48,390 nucleotides of DNA from Octopus bimaculoides. Taxonomy: Eukaryota. Under the pieces are notes generated by a model that did not search any database, was not told the DNA's origin, and was given only the letters and a program-made list of their open reading frames with translations. Positions 46,519 to 48,390 of the stretch are shown here, in pieces. Within the stretch, counting starts at the first letter, position 1; the number at the start of each line of letters is the position of its first letter. The stretch lies in NCBI RefSeq assembly GCF_001194135.2, contig NC_068999.1, positions 26,391,778-26,440,167 on the forward strand. The letters are read 5' to 3'. The translations under genes and the position numbers were made by a program.

Positions 46519-47547
46519 AATAGATGAATAAGGAAGGGAGGGGTGATGTCATACTTGGGAGTGTATGCTGAAAAAATAAATCAAACAACGTTTCAACTCT
46601 GTGTGAATATATGTGTGTATGTAAAAGGAGGGAGTATGTGAATGTGTATGTGTGCATGTGTGCGCAATAGAATTGGGATGGTTCGTCTTTGTTTCCTTAG
46701 TATTTGGGTTTATTTTTTGATTTGGTTGAATCTTGGTTTTTTTTTTTGTTGGTCAGTTATTTTTAACATTCTAAAATTGTATTTTAATGTAAGCGTGCCC
46801 AAACAAGTCGAATGCTTCCACAGAGCAGGTTTTACACCCATATCATCTAAACTGACTGGGTTTATAACCTACTAGTTATAATATAAATAAATTATTGGAT
46901 TGTCAATAGTATCTCTCTCTTAAATTTATCTTTGTAATTGCATTATACCAATATTTATATGGTATTCAACTGATGTACCAGTGAATTGGAAGTTTAACAT
47001 ACCCCCTTTGACGGATCTCTTTTCCTCAGTTTGTTACTTTATATATGTGTCTATATATATAAATATATACAGATACATATATATACCTATGTATGTATAT
47101 ACACACATATATATATGTATGTATATACTTATATACATATATATATATATGATGTATTTTTAAAGTCTTAGGGAATAAAAAGTATTCCAGATTATCAGAG
47201 CATTTTACACTTTACTAATGCAATGTAAACACTATCATTTCTAATATTATTACAAATTTTAGATTTTACCAATAGAACTGCAACTCCTATTTCAGGATAA
47301 CCTTATTGTATGGAAAACACATAGAAAGTTACATCCAATAAAATAATATAATCATTTAAAAACCTGCTATAAAATACAATAAAATTATTTGAAGAAATAT
47401 TTGAAAAAATATATATAACTTACCTGCTATTAGTCTGTATATATAATTAAATCCGAAGGCGCTCCTGGAGATTACCTGTGTGGGTACCGTCTTTGTTAGA
47501 AGCTATCCAGAGGCAAGTAATTTATCGTGTAAACCATAGTTTATAAG

Positions 47548-48138
47548 TATAATCATGTAGAGAATGGAGAAACCAACACAGGAATAAGCAAGTCGATTGC
47601 GCTAGTGAGCCATTAATTTAATCAATTAGGTAGAGATTATGTAATGTTACATTTACGATCGTTTTGATTTGCCAATTTAATTGGCAGATCTCTTCAGAAT
47701 GCTGAGAAGTCTGTTTGAATACATGGTGTGAGAGATGAAGGTATAGAAAGGTGGAGGATATACTAATATAAAAGAATGTATATAGTGGTATGAGAATAGA
47801 GGTAAAGTATAGTGAGTCTTACATTTTAGTTGAAATCAGGGTTAAAAATATTTCTGCGAAGGAGAGGTAGGGTGGGTGCTGTTTAAGTCCGTAATTCCAA
47901 TCTTAGTCAAGCGCATTATGCACGTGGTTGTTGTAAATCAAGCATTCTGAAGAGATCTGCCAATTAAATTGGCAAATCGAAACGATCGTAAATGTAACAT
48001 TACATAATCTCTACCTAATTGATTAAATTAATGGNNNNNNNNNNCATAATCTCTACCTAATTGATTAAATTAATGGCTCACTAGCGCAATCGACCTGCTT
48101 CTTCCTGTGTTCGTTTCTCCATTCTCTACATGATTATA
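47548..48138. mobile_element. Inverted pair of Penelope-type pseudo-LTR arms (47548-47703 and 47941-48138)
   Basis: Arms of ~156 bp differ at 4 positions and each carries a hammerhead motif. The right arm is inflated by a gap-flanking duplication. Confidence 0.75.
47942..47995 (+). ncRNA. Type I hammerhead ribozyme, catalytic core intact
   Basis: Stem I gcatt(47942-46)/aatgt(47991-95); CUGAAGA at 47947-53; stem II 47954-47978 (10 bp, one C-A mismatch, G10.1-C11.1 present); GAAA at 47979-82; stem III within palindrome ACGAUCGU; cleavage triplet GUA at 47988-90. Confidence 0.88.
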
Positions 48139-48172
48139 TATATATTTACACACACACATATATATACATATA

Positions 48173-48390
48173 CATCATCATCATCATCATCATCGTTTAA
48201 CGTCCGCCTTCCATGCAACGGCCACGCTCAAAATGGTGCATCTCATGTGCCACCCGCACAAGAGCCAGTCCAGGGGCACTGGCAACGATCTTACTTGGCT
48301 TGCCGGGTCTTCTCACGCACAGCACATTTCCAAAGGTCTCGGTCAGTAGTCATCGCCTCAGTGAGGCCCAATGTACGAAGGTCTTGCCTT
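48173..48390 (-). mobile_element. RTE 3' UTR/tail, antisense, with an internal deletion
   Basis: (cat)n cgtttaacgtccgccttccatgc joined directly to aacggccacgctcaaaatggtg. About 170 bp present in the 1-454 copy are missing. Confidence 0.8.

Overview
AT-rich animal genomic DNA. The SINE/RTE repertoire, microsatellite load and intron sizes suggest an octopus or other coleoid cephalopod; this is an inference and was not verified. There is one host gene: coding exons 1-9 of HDAC3 on the + strand (13629-30090, 256 codons, all GT-AG). Exon 10 was not found, so intron 9 runs for at least 18 kb unless the exon sits in an N gap. The rest is mostly transposon debris: tRNA-headed SINEs, RTE and L1/Tx1 LINEs, three mariner remnants, several MITEs, an internally deleted Gypsy LTR element and Penelope-like elements (PLEs). 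The most notable observations are: (1) an intact type-I hammerhead ribozyme at 47942-47995 (+), paired with an inverted G12A-mutant copy, plus further decayed hammerhead-bearing PLE termini; (2) a Ser (AGT) codon at the inositol-phosphate-binding Gly21 position of HDAC3, which one A-to-I edit would restore to Gly; (3) a 5'-inverted RTE LINE flanked by a 99-bp direct repeat; (4) a PHD-like finger inserted inside an RTE reverse transcriptase; (5) a templated direct-plus-inverted insertion inside a Tx1 LINE; (6) a dense transcription-factor motif cluster about 1.25 kb upstream of HDAC3. All annotation was done by eye, so repeat boundaries are approximate and family names need database confirmation.
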